From Eledone cirrhosa (taxonomy: Eukaryota), in NCBI GenBank assembly GCA_964016885.1, contig OZ024745.1, positions 69,564,001 through 69,628,000 on the forward strand: a DNA stretch of 64,000 bases. Direction: 5' to 3'. The notes beneath the pieces are model-generated. The model made no database searches. It was not told where the DNA came from and saw only the letters and a program-made list of their open reading frames with translations. Below, piece by piece: positions 26,901-40,786 of this stretch. How positions within the stretch are numbered: position 1 is the first letter of the stretch; each line of letters begins with the position of its first letter. The position numbers were made by a program, and so were the translations under genes.

Positions 26901-29096
26901 ATATGTAAACTAACTTGTTATGACCCACAGAATACATCGTTTAAGAACAAGACAAAATGTAATTTCAATAAGAACAAATCGACATGTTATTTCTTAGTCT
27001 ATCGACTTCGTTTAGTAAATCTAAACACTCGATTCTTTATATTGAAGTTCGATTCCTAATGACTGGTCTTCAACAGTTGCCAAACGCAAATGATGTTGAA
27101 GATATTTTTTTCTTTCTTCAACCATTGATTGAATCTATTTGGCCTTCCTGCAGAACAGGCACTTATAGTTCAAATCATCTAATTCCTATTCAATTGGTTG
27201 GATTTGTATCAAGATATTCTCATGATTTTTGCATTGTTGCCAATTGATTTCGTTCAGCTGTATCTCTCTTTGACAGAGTTTTGGAAACAAATGCAGAGGT
27301 ATTTTGTAGTCTTCTAAATTATGTATTGATATATTTGCTCGTTAATATATCTGCAATAAAATAAAATTGAAACAAAATATGTTTTTATGCACGTATAATT
27401 TAGTTAGAATCTTCCGTAGCTCTATTATCAGACCTTGATTGAATCTAAAATCTATAATCTAAATCCTGTAGTATTTTCTTTTATCCTTTTGACACCTTCA
27501 GGGTTCCTGAGGAGAGAGGGATCCACAAGCATTAGACCGTTACGAAATACTTTACAATGTATCATGAGGTGGTGCTATTCTTAGCGGCCAATAAACCTTC
27601 CCACACAAGCAAACCATGGAGGAATTTGGACTCAGAATGTAAAGAACTGTCACAAATGCTGGAAAGAAACTTGCACAACACTTTCAAAATTCCACTGGTC
27701 ATCCGTGCTAGACTATTACTTAATTTTACGGATCATGACATGATGAAAGGCAAGGAATAGGAATAAATACCGCAAGGTATTTTCTCCTATATATATTCTG
27801 CCAACAACTTATTCCTACTTGTGCAGAACAAGCATAAAATGCCATTCTGCGTCATTTCACACTTAATGTATCTAGGATTACATTATTCACTGTTTCCGTC
27901 CTTTTTGCCGCCGACTTGGATATATTTTGACTAGGATTTTACTGCTATCGAATTGCTGTATAGGTTACCTCTTCTTAGTGTTTTATAAGTATAAAACTAT
28001 AATGAATATATTTGCAATAGATTTTCACCAGGTTAGGTAGATAAGCCCGTCAGTCCGTCTATTTCGTTTCTGGAAAATAGTATATTTGATGAATCCTGCA
28101 TCCGTTTTCAATTGAGTATCTATTTGTTCAATTAACTCATCATCCGACTTGTGAATAAAGGTGTATCTAGTTAGATATCCCACAAAAATGTCTAACCTTA
28201 ACGTAATTACCAATCCAATTGACCATAATATAATGTGATAATATGGTAGTACAGTTATTGTACAATCATCCAACAGAGTCCCGGTCTTATTCTGTCTACC
28301 CAATTTCTCTGACAGAGCTTGGGTCGAGAAGAAGATATGGTAAATACTTTTACTCAAGACCTCTTGCAATGGAATCAAACGCACAATCTCATGGGGGTGA
28401 TGCAGTCTAAGCCACTCAGTCAGGCTTGTGTTCTCTGTGTATTTAGGCCTACATTAGGCAATGATCTCTTCGTTTTTATGGTCAGGTGAAACGCTTTATT
28501 CGTTACAACCATAAACTTGTGTCTAAATGAGAGCCAGATTTTTAAATTACTTAAAAGAACATCATGCAAATGGCTGAGCAATTCATATGCACGTGTGTTC
28601 TTTCCAAAATTCTCCGCGAAAATCAGTATGACTGGTTCTTTGAATACCAGATGGCAACAATCTTTCCGAAAAGTTTCTGACAACTCATTTTCCCTCGCAA
28701 AGGTTGGGTCATTCCGTGGATATGATAATATTAACTTCGACAAGTGCTACACATCGGGATTGTACTCGAAGCAAGCTTTTTATCTACTTGGCCATGCCCT
28801 GTCACAGGAGAAAAGTTCAAAAAATATATTTTACACTTTTACTACTCTGCATTTGTCAGACGTTAGACTGAGGCATTACTGGGGCTCCGTCCCGATTTAA
28901 TCGATATCGATCACAATACTTCTTTTTATCGAGTTGTTTTTTGTCAAACGAAAGGTTAAACATGTGTACCGTCACACAATCACGCGTACAGAAACATGTA
29001 CCCTACCTACCTATATATAGCAGAATATGGGTTGCTTATTTGTAGCTTTTACGTTGTAACTTCTGGGGTATAAGCCTGTCTGCGTGATCCAAAAGC

Positions 29097-29144
<48 letters not shown>

Positions 29145-29149
<5 letters not shown>

Positions 29150-30635
29150 AGCAACATGTGCCCTACAAGACCAGCAACAGGAAGACCACCTACCATTACC
29201 TCAATGGCCAAGAAAACCCACACAGATAGATGGAACGGGTGGACCAGAGCCATACGGACACCCGAAAACCACGATGAACTGAAGAAAATGATTGCATATG
29301 CCGTAGGGGCCAGCATAAAACTAACCCTTAAGGAACATATGTTCGAATTTAATGGAAAAACATATCCCCAAGAGGAAGGAGCAGCCATTGGTGTTAGCAT
29401 TGCAGGCGACATAGCTAACTTATTCATGGTATGGTGGGACAGTAGACTTAAACTTAAACTTAAAGAACAATTAGAAGACCCCTTAACCCTGATAATGTAC
29501 TCCCGCTACGTTGATGATATAAACATCGTAGTTAAGACACCCCCAATAGAGAACAGTCAGGAACTAAAGAAAAGCACAATGGAAAGCATCCAGCAAATAG
29601 CTAACTCCATCCACCAGAGTATTAGAGGTACTATAGACTACCAAAGTAAACACCCCAACCATCGATTACCTGTACTAGACACAGAGCTCTGGTTAGATAC
29701 CATTAATAACAAAAAACAAATCATCCATTCCCATTATGCCAAACCCATGACTTCCAAACATCTGATCCACCGAAACTCAGCTGTTTCGGACCATACCAAA
29801 ATCAACATACTGATTGCGGATTTGGTACGGGTGATGAGAAACGTGTCCCGCATGTGCAACCCCGAAGAACTAGAGAGACACATACAACACTTCATCCACC
29901 GTATGCAGTTCTCTGGTTACAATCAGAGAGATAAAATCAGAGTGTATAGAGGAGCCAGAACCAAATGGGAAAAAATGGTAAATAATGACACAAATGGGAC
30001 CTGCCCCTTGTATAGGAGCAAATTTTGGAATAGAATAGAAAGAACTAGGAATAAGGCTAATAGAATAAACTCATGGTATGATAGCAATAAATACCAGAGT
30101 GTAATGTTCATCGATACAACCCCTAGAGGTGAATTAGCTTACACATTTAGAAGGGCCCTAGATAAACATAAACTCAATATTAAGATAGTAGAAAGACCAG
30201 GTACCTCCGTAAAACACTTATTAGCAAGACATACCCTTTCAAAGACCCCCCTGTATAGATAAGAAATGTATAACCTGTAAAATAAGCCCCCATATTAACT
30301 GTAAAACTAGAAATGTAGTGTATAGCATAAGATGTACTGAAGGACAATGTAGAGACAAAAATATAGTGTACATAGGTGAGACAGCTCGTAGTGTAGGGGA
30401 ACGGATAAATGAACACTGGCGAGACCTTCAAGATAGTAAATAATCATCTGTACTCTACCAACATGCTAAAATAGAACATAAGGGTAAATTAGAGAACATA
30501 GAAATAAAAATAGAATCTACACACAGAAAAGACGCAATGTTTAGACAAATCACAGAGGCAATAAACATAAAAGAATTACAACCAAAATTAAATAGAAAAT
30601 ATGAGTGGAACAGCAACATCACAACTTACAATTAA
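29145..30635 (+). pseudogene. PLE RT (C-terminal half) + GIY-YIG endonuclease
   Basis: EGAAIGVSIAGDIANLFMVWWD, SRYVDD, LPVLD, HYAKPM and FSGY. After a frameshift near 30240: CKTRNVVYSIRC..C....VYIGETARSVGERINEH...RQITEAINI. Confidence 0.87.
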
Positions 30636-30836
30636 GGACAAAATGAAAACACACACGCACATAGAACAAACAACCAACCGGTAACATGTAAATAAACAAA
30701 TAAATAAACGAATATAAACACACACAGACACCCGGATGTGGCGCATGCGCAGACTGAGCACACAACACACACACAGAAACAAAATGGCGTAGGACAGAAC
30801 AAAGGAGAGGCACAAAAACAAAGAAAAGAATCCCCA

Positions 30837-30879
30837 GTCACTGAAGAGGTCACAGAATGTGTGACGAAAGAACTTTGAC
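30837..30879 (+). ncRNA. Minimal hammerhead ribozyme
   Basis: gtca-CTGAAGA-g-gtcaca(gaatg)tgtgac-GAAA-GaaC-TT-tgac. Has one extra G before stem II. Confidence 0.65.
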
Positions 30880-31677
30880 AATATATAAACAACTATCTGG
30901 TTGTGGAACCAAGTAACCAACCAGAAATTTATAGATTCCTAAATTTATAAATTTATTATAATAAATTGAAGTGAAGCAACTGGTGCGTGTGTTTCTTATT
31001 GGCTACATGACCCTCCCAAAGTATAACAATATATATATATATACATGACGGGCATCTGCTGCTTTCGCCTGTCAAGTTCCCCTCATACGTCAATAGACCA
31101 TCCCAGGTTACAGCTTAAACACTTTTTGGTTATATGTTTGCGAGGCGAACGCCTTAACTACACAACAACATCTGCGTTAAAATCTTTGTAAATCTCTAGC
31201 AGCAGACATTTAGTATTTATAAAATATTGAAGTTGCTCAATCGATAAATCAGTTTTACCTTTCCGCCCACACCTGGTTCTTTTTCTTCATAAATTCATCT
31301 TTGGTAGTTCATATGTTACTGATGATTTTTACATGAACATCGGTTATTTCTTAAATATTATTTATATTAGAATTTCTTTTATATTTTATTTAAAAAACAG
31401 AACGAAGAACATTTAAAAATATAGAAAATGAGAAATTAAGTCCAAGTGATGTTTTTGTAATTGAAATTTCTTCGTAGGGAACGTTAACTGTTTTATACTT
31501 ATTGCTGCATAAATCTGTTTATACATATGCTTACATTTATTTATGTTCAATTGTTAAACTAACACAACGCATTTAGAGTAAAAAGGAAGTTTAAGAATGT
31601 AAATGAGAGCAAAATATTTTGTTTTATCTTTTCTTATATATTATACTATACTATATCATATTATATTATATTATATT

Positions 31678-31871
31678 AGGCAGTATCGGTAGAGGGACGG
31701 ACGCCATGCTTTCCAGCATAGTTACGATCTGAGTTGAAATCCCGCCGAGGTTGACTTTGCCTTTCATCTTTACGGGGTCGATAAAATAAAGTACCAGTAA
31801 TGTACTGGGGCCGATGTAATCGACTTTCCCTCTCCTCAAATTACTGGCCTTGTGCCTATATAAGAAACCAT
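31678..31871 (+). mobile_element. tRNA-derived SINE
   Basis: Family core, with a variant 3' part (ggggccgatgtaatcgac). Confidence 0.85.
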
Positions 31872-32209
31872 TATATTATATTATATTATATTATATTATA
31901 TTATATTATATTATATTATGTTATGTTATGTTATGTTATGTTATGTTATGTTATGTTATGTTATGTTATGTTATGTTATGTTTATTATATTATATTATAT
32001 TATATTATATTATATTATATTATATTATATTATATTTTATTTTATTTTATTTTATTTTATTTTATTTTATTTTATTTTATTTTATTTTATTTTATTTTAT
32101 TTTATTTTATTTTATTTTATTTTATTTTATTTTATTTTATTTTATTTTATTTTATTTTATTTTATTTTTTTTATTTTATTTTATTTTATTTTATTATATT
32201 ATATTATAT
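31872..32209. repeat. Compound pentanucleotide array (TATTA)n(TGTTA)n(TATTA)n(TTTTA)n
   Basis: Directly visible between two SINEs. Confidence 0.95.
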
Positions 32210-32398
32210 GGCGGTGGATTAGCAGTATCGGTAGAGTGTCGGACACCATGCTTTGCAGCAAAGAGTTACGGCCCTTTATGGTCTCATTTCAAATCCCGCC
32301 GAGGTTAACTTTACCTTTCATTCTTACAGGGTCGATAAAATAAAGTACCAGTAATGTACTGGTTAATTGCTGGCCTTGTGCCGAAAGTAGAAACAATT
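32210..32398 (+). mobile_element. tRNA-derived SINE
   Basis: Full family copy. Confidence 0.85.
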
Positions 32399-32698
32399 AT
32401 ATTATATATTATATTATATTATATTATATTGTATTTATGTATTTATTTGTTTCACTTTTTAATCTATTGTTGTAGTCCATGACACTACATAATACGAGAT
32501 CCGTTCTGTTAAATTATTTACTATTTCTTTATTCCTGAATCATATGTTTCTATCGATCTATAGATTGAACTCTGAATGAAACGGTATCATGCTTCTTTCA
32601 GAATGTATATTCAGATGTACTGTATGCATGTATGCATGTATGTATGCATGTATGCATGTATGTATGCATGTATGTATGTATTTATTTCGTTATGTATG

Positions 32699-32731
<33 letters not shown>

Positions 32732-33571
32732 GCGTGTGTGTGTGTGTATGTATGCACACACACAAAACCACACACTTATCTCTCTCTCTCTCTCTCTTTC
32801 TCTATATGTCTATATATATATAGAGAGAGAGGGGGCGCGGAGAGAGAGACATTCATATTCAGATACACTTTCTACCCGACTTCCTAGTTCGATCTAAAGA
32901 CTTTAGCCATCCATCTTCAATACCTTCTATCATTTTATCATCATATCTCACGTAAGCATATATTCAATAATGTAAACAAACATGTTTCTCTGAATTCTTT
33001 TTGTGCGCATTCGCATGCTATCCATTCAAACGTTTGACATGGCTTGTAACAAACAGTATATTCCTATACGTGATTACATAAAACATGCGTATTGGTGTAC
33101 ATGAATATGTATAATCATTGAAGAAATATGATATATTTTTTTAATTTTACATACGTTATTTAAAATGCAGAGATCCTCTACCACCACTGACTCAGAAGTG
33201 TATTTATTGTTCTGTTTTGAAAGTTTCTTATCATGTCTAATCATATATTTCTGTGTATTAAAAAGTAGAACAGAAAAGAAGCCGATTCGAATGTATAAAA
33301 CTCTGTTCCTATTAGTCTTTTCATTGCTGATAATATCAGCGGTTTACAATACCTGGTAAACACCTCGCTGTTAAGAGAAAGTGGGATTCGAGCTCAGAAC
33401 CCACAGCCCCAATATTTGCTGCAAAGATTACCATCCCACTGATAACACCTCTGCCAAATTCCCAGCCCAATTGCTACATACTTTATCGAACTCAGAAGGA
33501 AAGTTGATAGGATTTCAACTAAGCCATCAGGAAAAATATAAGAAAATAGATTTAATCCGTCGATCTATTTC

Positions 33572-33900
33572 CAGAGGTTATCAAAGGCTGGGAGGGGGGA
33601 TGGCATTGAGAAGGTCCAGGGGGTACTGGGGCCTAAGGGGGCAAGTGGGCGTGAGAGATGATATAATAGTCTATTTAATATCAAATGATCCATATTATAT
33701 ATATAGTAAAATAAAAATATATAATACTTATTTATACATAGTATATATTATATTAATTATTATATACAAATTAACGATTTATTTAATTCATTATTTACAA
33801 TTTGCGTGTAAGCAGGTCTCTCTGGAAATAGAGGTGGAGGCGTTGAGGTTATTACGGGGCCTTCATTGGGGCGGTGGCCTCAAAAGTTTGAGAATCTCTG
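33572..33900. mobile_element. Possible non-autonomous hAT-type DNA transposon
   Basis: Ends cagaggttatcaaa ... tttgagaatctctg resemble hAT/Charlie TIRs. No clean 8-bp TSD. Confidence 0.4.
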
Positions 33901-33964
33901 CTCTAAATACTACAGTTAACCGCATTCAGTATGTAATTAAGATAAGTAGCTATCAAGAGCAACT

Positions 33965-34004
33965 ATCTCCACTGACACACACGTTAGTGTGTGTCAGTGG
34001 AGAT
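33965..34004. repeat. Perfect 18-bp hairpin with a 4-nt loop
   Basis: atctccactgacacacac-gtta-gtgtgtgtcagtggagat. Confidence 0.9.
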
Positions 34005-34709
34005 GCTTGCTCTTGATATAGCCAAAATCTATGTAGATTTAGTTGGCCTCCTACGAGTTTGTATCATTTGGGGGATTTATGATTGAGTCTCTATTCCTAG
34101 AATGAAAGGCGTTCCTCTGGTCCAGACTTCAGGTCGTGTTAATGTTTAACAGTACATATTTCTTTTCAACTGTGTGAACCTTATGTTCGTAACTGAGAGG
34201 TGAGGAGGAAATCTAACTTTAAATCTGATCAGAAACCCTCTGTCTACGACATGTCAGTATTACTTCCTATATACTGTTTAAATAATATTGATATTCGAAG
34301 AAGCCAAAGTAACAGTCAATCGAATCTTCGTTAACCTTTTTCACAGCAGAATAGTTTTCATTCATCATTTTCATATAAAGATATGGTCGTATTAGATTCA
34401 CGTTCTATATGTCATAAACAAACGAATAAACACGACCTCCTTTGTTCTATACGAGGATATTAGCTTTACTTTTTGTATTTGAAATGGGATGGAAGTAAAT
34501 GAAATGGAAATTTGTCGAGTTCAAGGAGGAATGTTCCAGTTTTTCCATAATCTGAACAGCTTGGTAGTCAAGTTAACGTGCAAGTAGTTGAGTATTCCGT
34601 AAATAGATGAACAGATGAGCCCTTACCATAATTCACAGCAGAATTCAAGTTAGGCAGTGTCTGAAAAATCTGCTATGGGGAAGTACAAGGACAGTTCCTT
34701 TATGTGATA

Positions 34710-34850
34710 GGCTTCAAAACAGTTTCCATCTACCCAGTTTCGCTCACAAAGCGTGTGGTCAACTAAAACTCTAAAAGCAAGCATTTACTGAGATAACACG
34801 TAATGGAATAAAATCGGAGATCATATGATTGGAAATAGAAACTCCGTGCA
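34710..34850 (-). mobile_element. Degenerate SINE of a second family
   Basis: cagtttccatctacccagtttcgctcacaaagc has weak relatives at ~31045-31170, 39070-39220 and 58250-58400. Confidence 0.45.
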
Positions 34851-34917
34851 TCGTTAGCTGTTAAACCATGGATATAAATTTTGATGTTCAACTCGTTTGA
34901 TTACTATCATTATTGGT

Positions 34918-35102
34918 TGGTGAATTGGCAGTATCGGTAGAGGGTCGACGCCATGCTTTCCATCATAATTACGTCCCTTTACGAGCTGAGTTCAAATCCC
35001 GCCGAGGTTGACTTTGCCTTTCATCCTTACAGGGTCGATAAAATAAATTACCAGTAATGCACTGGGTAATTGCTGGCCTTGTGCCTAAAGTAGAAACAAT
35101 TA
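34918..35102 (+). mobile_element. tRNA-derived SINE
   Basis: Full family copy with a TTA tail. Confidence 0.88.
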
Positions 35103-35567
35103 TTGGTTAATCAGAATGTTGATAAAAGTAATGCATGTGATTAAAGATGTTATAAACGCACGGGGGAATTATATTTTGCTTTTAATTTATATATTTATGA
35201 ACAATACTGAATCCAGCAAAGATATAGCTAAATCGTTGCCAGTTAATCAACCCCTCAAGAAGTTTCACTCATTCACACTTTATACCATCTTTTGAAAAGT
35301 ACAGATTATTGTTGCCTTATCCAGGACCCTATAACGGGATAGCGTTATACAGCAATACAGTTTACTGTGCAATCTTTGCGAGTCTTAGTGCTTCGGCTCA
35401 GCTAAGAGATACAGCTATTGACCGCAATGTCCATAGTTTATCAACCATACACACCAAATAGCATTTGAAATATAGAAATCAAAATGGTGCTTCGTGTTGT
35501 TTTGTATGTATGTGTGTGTGTGTATGTGTGCGTGTGTGTGTGTGTGTCTGTGTGTGTGTATATATAC

Positions 35568-35647
<80 letters not shown>

Positions 35648-36153
35648 GTGCGTGTGTGCGTGCGTGTGTGACAGAGATAGAGAGACGGGGAGGAAAAATC
35701 CTAATGCTTGTCTATTTATTGACCGCGAGAGGAACAAATTCAAAATTTACCTTGTCACTATATGAAATCAGAATTTAGCTCACTGAAGCAACTGCTGCAA
35801 TGCATTACATTCAACGCCCTAACAACAATTTCCTTGCCTATAATTGTCAATGTTAATACTGATGATAATAATAATAATAATATTTTCATTCATATTCATC
35901 TAAACTATATTCCTATAGTCTGTCTAGAATGAGACATAAATATAGGGAATTTGAATTTGAGAAAAGTAAACAAGTTGTTAAACAACAAAGAGCCTCTTAT
36001 TATTGAACAATAATAGCTTATAGCTTTGAAATAAGACCAATATATCTCAAACACAATCAAGATCAACAAAAAATAAAAATAAATATAAATCAAATGAAAA
36101 AAAAACAAATACAAGGAAGCCAAATATATACATTCTTATTAACGCTATTATTG

Positions 36154-36204
<51 letters not shown>

Positions 36205-36639
36205 TTATAACAATAATAATAATATAATGATATAGTAAGATGAAGTGATTATTATATTAAATTTGTTTTAAAACACTTCTAGTTTTTGACATATTGATTT
36301 TTAATATAATATTCTACCTTATTCTTTACACCTTGTATTTTATAATTTATATAGTCGTAAAACAGAAAATTGGCGATTTCCTTTGCAACCATGTCTTGTT
36401 TTATTTATTGCATTGATCTTTATTCACCAGACATCTTCCAACACCATTTTATTATTTCATACACAAATAGTCTGGTGTCTAACGTGGCATCTGTTTTCAC
36501 AAGTTTGTTCACAGAGACTAACCATTAATATATATCTGATTTGATTCGATGATTAACCAATAATTTCTTCGGTTGAAATTATTCAGTGCCAATACACCAA
36601 CATACATATAATAAGTACAACAAAATTTACGATTCAGTC

Positions 36640-37190
36640 TGGCTGGTCTCGATTCGGGAATCAGCCGGATCATTTGGAATCAGTTGCTTCTGACAGGAGC
36701 CGCTGGAAGGCGAGCCTGAGGACTCAGCCCTCACGACCCTGCCAGGAATACGTGAGCGAGGAAAAAGAAGAAGAAGAAGAAGAAGAAGAAGAAGAAGAAG
36801 AAGAAGCGATGCTTCCTAGTATGCAACATGTAGGTATAGTCACAATATATAAGAACAAAAGAGCCAGTCTAGCCGCCATGGTAATAACAGGAGTATCTTA
36901 TTGCTGTTCATAAATTGTAAAGATATATGCCCATATCATTTCTATAGTCTCAGGGGGGAAAAGGGCGACAGAAATAAACATACAAATTACAGTGGAAGAA
37001 GTTCATGAAAAGTACCTGGAGAAAAATCTGGACCGCTACAATGTCTTCATAGATCGTTCCAAACTAACTGACACAAGCAAACGAAGAGAATTGTAGATCA
37101 TCTTCAGAAGACTAAATTGCTAGAAACAGTCATAACAGCGATCTAGCTACTCTGAGATTATATAACGGGTAAATGTCTTCCAATAAGATT
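36640..37190 (+). pseudogene. Old RTE-like LINE fragments
   Basis: LESVASDRSRWK (C-terminal A.DR..W motif) followed by (GAA)n. From ~36945, EKYLEKNLDRYNVFID...REL*IIFRRLNC resembles the RT fingers. Confidence 0.5.
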
Positions 37191-38189
37191 CAACACTGTT
37201 ACAATTAGTAGGAAATAGATGTACAACTAAATTGGAACAAGTGACGTCGCATACAAACTCAAAATCTACAGGGCCGAAATCCATATCGCATTCGAAATGG
37301 ATATTCACCTGAAATACTCTATTAATTTCGAAAATCTACCACTATTGTATGGTACTTTATTTATCGACCCCCAAAGGATGACTAACAATGTTGACCTCAA
37401 TTCGATTCGCAAAACGAGCGTACAGAACCGGCTCAAATAACGTGAATATATTTAATCCGAGGCCCTAACGCAAAAAGAGTATCTTAGCTCACAACACATT
37501 AATCTCAAATGTTATACTAAATCATTCTTCATACATTACTAATTTCCCAAAATCAATTGGTTCCACAGTAACTGTAAATGTTTATGTGTAGATATTATAA
37601 GTTTTTATTTACCTCGTACTGATTTGATGAAATATAAGTATTCCATAGTGTTGGGGGAATTGAATGATAAATTGTGATAGTGTTAAACATTTAATTACAT
37701 GTTTTAAAGAAATATTATTCATAAGTTATCAATTAAATACGTAAAATGTCTAAATGGCTAAAATATATTAAGGTTTAATGGAGGTTTACCTTTTCATTTG
37801 TGTTTTATTTACATGTTTTATAAGTAATGCAAGTGTCAATTTAAAACTGGTGTATTTTATATTAAAGGACATACCGTATAGAAGAGAGCTCATTCTAATT
37901 GTCTATAGGTTACAGAATGAGATTTCAACACAGACAGAAAGCAATTAAAAATTGGAGTTATGAACTAATGAGAAATTTGGGAGGTTATTTATCGAACATA
38001 TTCTGTTGAAAGGTGAGAAATGCGAGTTTGATTCCCGAATGACCCTACAAAATCTCTACTGCTTTCAGTATTTCTTTATGAGTGTAAACTAAATTTTCAA
38101 TTTATTAATACAGTAATGAGTTTTTAGTGTTAACTCACATAATCACTTTTTAGGAAATTGCATTGACATTCATGTAATCAGTATGTATG

Positions 38190-38220
<31 letters not shown>

Positions 38221-38221
38221 G

Positions 38222-38254
<33 letters not shown>

Positions 38255-40185
38255 GTATATATATATGTATATATACAGAGAGAGGGAGAGAGAGAGAGAT
38301 GCATATATAAATACATTTACGTACATACGTGCATATACAGGCACACATCCATACACACGTGCGCTCTTGGTCGCAATTCAAGTGAAACAGGGTTCGAGTC
38401 TCCCGAATTGTTGCTGACCACTTACGTTTTGTTCATAAGCGTATTTTACTTGTTTTCTAATACTACTATAGTAAGGAGTGTCACTATAGAATATATTTGC
38501 CTGAACGAAAGGATTACAAAGGAAATGGTTGATATTTTAAGTCTTTGAATTATCTTTTTTTCTGTGATAGAGATGGAAGTGAACAAGCTCAAAAATATGC
38601 CTCACAAGATGCATTGACTACTTGAGTGCATCATCTACGCCATCTTCTCGGATAAAGTATTTGATAATGCGTCCTGGGTCTTCGAAACACCTTTTTACCG
38701 ACTGTTGATCGAATTAGACTGGTTCTTTCTTAACGTATGTCTCAGCACCGTCCAGGTAAATGCATTTGTTATTCTGTCCGGTAGCAACAACAATAAAAAT
38801 ATATCTACAATCGATAAATACAGTAATCATACCTGAATTAAAATAGATTATATATTTCATCGCTCTACCACTTGTGTCACTTTCCACTATTGATTATTCA
38901 ATGATAACTTTGACGGTGGGCATTCATTTATTTGATCTCTTGATCGTCCACCTAGTGAGGTAATATATCTGTTGTGATGTATTCCAAAGACACGTTAATT
39001 CAAAGGCCGAATCAATAATTACAGAATTCGAAACAAGACTGGGTATTTGAATTACAGGTACAATCCGACCACCTGGTTTCCACCCACCCATCCATTCAAC
39101 CAATTTCACTCACAAAGCTTAGGTCCATGTGAGCGTATGATAAATGAAATGTCAGGTATGCTGCGCTGTAAGATAGAACCTTGGATGTAAAGATTCCAAA
39201 TCAAACCACCCAGACGTGCCTGGGTTTACAAAATTAGTCATACAATGTTATCCGTTGATACAAAATGTAGACATTTGTGAATATTTAATATAAAACTTTC
39301 CATGAAAATAATGAAAAAATTTGCCAAACAGTAAAATGCTTCATTATATTATAGTCTATTATAGACTATTGTAATATTTGGAACCTAACAATCAAAATGT
39401 TTGTTCTTATTTTGAATACAGACGTCAAAACCATTACAGAATATGTCCGATTCTGACAGTTTTCACTTAAATTTTCATTATTCTAAAAATCAATAGAAGA
39501 AATAACATTTGTAATATGGCCGCATTTTTGGTCAAATATGGTACGTACTTGTAGTATTCTTGTTGTTGTATAGCCCCGGGGAATCTCTGTCTATGCAGAC
39601 CTATGAACTTCCGCCACTATTAAAAATTGTCCAAGGCAGTTGGGTGTGACTTTAGGCCAATTCATAATTGGTTGGCACCTATAACCGATGAAACACTATG
39701 CAGCTGCTTTCTTAATCCTTTAAGAAATGACATGTTCTTTTCTGTGCCTATTTAAAGGTGAGGATTATAAAACAAGGCATTCCTGCCATGGCCATCCCTT
39801 CTTATTATGAGTATCAGAAAACATAATAATCTCTGTCTGTATCTGGTTTAGAATTGGTATATAGTATTCCTGCGTGTCTTCAGAGGCGATTAAAACGGTT
39901 GGCAACAACAAAATAATCAAGTAGTAAAATATTGCCTCTAAAAGGGCCTCATGATCAATATGAAGTTTAACAAAGTAATCACAGATATAACAGAGAAATG
40001 GTCCCAAAACTGTTATTGACATGTTGTCAATTGGTTGGAAATTATGAAGCATATTTTCAGATTGGTGATTGTGATTTTAGGAATTATTATTAAGTGTTTA
40101 GAGATTTTATTGTTTAGAGATAATTTATCTACATAATACAGCTATTCATACCCAAACTACACTGCTTGTATTATTATAGTTACAA

Positions 40186-40780
40186 GGGCGGTGGATTGGA
40201 AGTATCGGTAGAGAGTCGGACACCATGCTTTGAAGCATAGAGTTACGTCCCTTTATAATCTGAGTTCAAATCCCGCCGAGGTTAACTTTGCCTTTCATCC
40301 TTACGGGGTCGATAAAATAAAGTACCAGTAATGTACTGGATAATTGCTGGCCTTGTGCCAAAAGTAGAAACAATTATTATAGTTACAAGGGCGGTGGATT
40401 GGAAGTATCGGTAGAGAGTCGGACACCATGCTTTGAAGCATAGAGTTACGTCCCTTTATAATCTGAGTTCAAATCCCGCCGAGGTTAACTTTGCCTTTCA
40501 TCCTTACGGTGTCGATAAAATAAAGTACCAGTAATGTACTGGTTAATTGCTGGCCTTGTGCCTAAAATAGAAACAATTATTATAGTTACAACCGGTGGAT
40601 TGGCAGTATCGGTAGAGGGTCGGACGCCATGCTTTGTAGCACAGTTACGTCCCTTTACGGACTGAGTTCAAATCCCGCCGAGGTTAACTTTGCCTTTCAT
40701 CCTTACAGGGTCGCTAAAATAAAGTACCAGTAATGCACTAGGTATTTGCTGGCCTTATACCAAAAGTAGAAACAATTATT
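40186..40780 (+). mobile_element. Three tandem tRNA-derived SINE copies (~203-bp period)
   Basis: Copies start at 40186, 40389 and ~40593, each preceded by ttattatagttacaa. Confidence 0.92.
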
Positions 40781-40786
40781 ATATTA

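Larger units (their letters stand above)
29145..31030 (+). mobile_element. 5'-truncated Penelope-like element of a third lineage
   Basis: RT core + GIY-YIG, 3' UTR with an HHR, and both ends in (TA)n. Confidence 0.85.

Noticed and set aside
26950-27352. Candidate minus-strand exon after a pyrimidine-rich ttgcag
   Set aside because: Stops in all frames.
27500-27560. CTGAGGA...GAAA hammerhead-like spacing
   Set aside because: No convincing stem I, II or III.
28025-28900. Cluster of 100-130 aa ORFs, possibly a decayed transposase
   Set aside because: I could not recognise any diagnostic motif.
38571-38755. AG...GT-bounded candidate exon
   Set aside because: All three frames contain stops and there is no recognisable protein.
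40186-40780. SINE heads as tRNA genes, or the tandem array as CRISPR
   Set aside because: No cloverleaf, the units are whole SINEs without unique spacers, and the context is eukaryotic.
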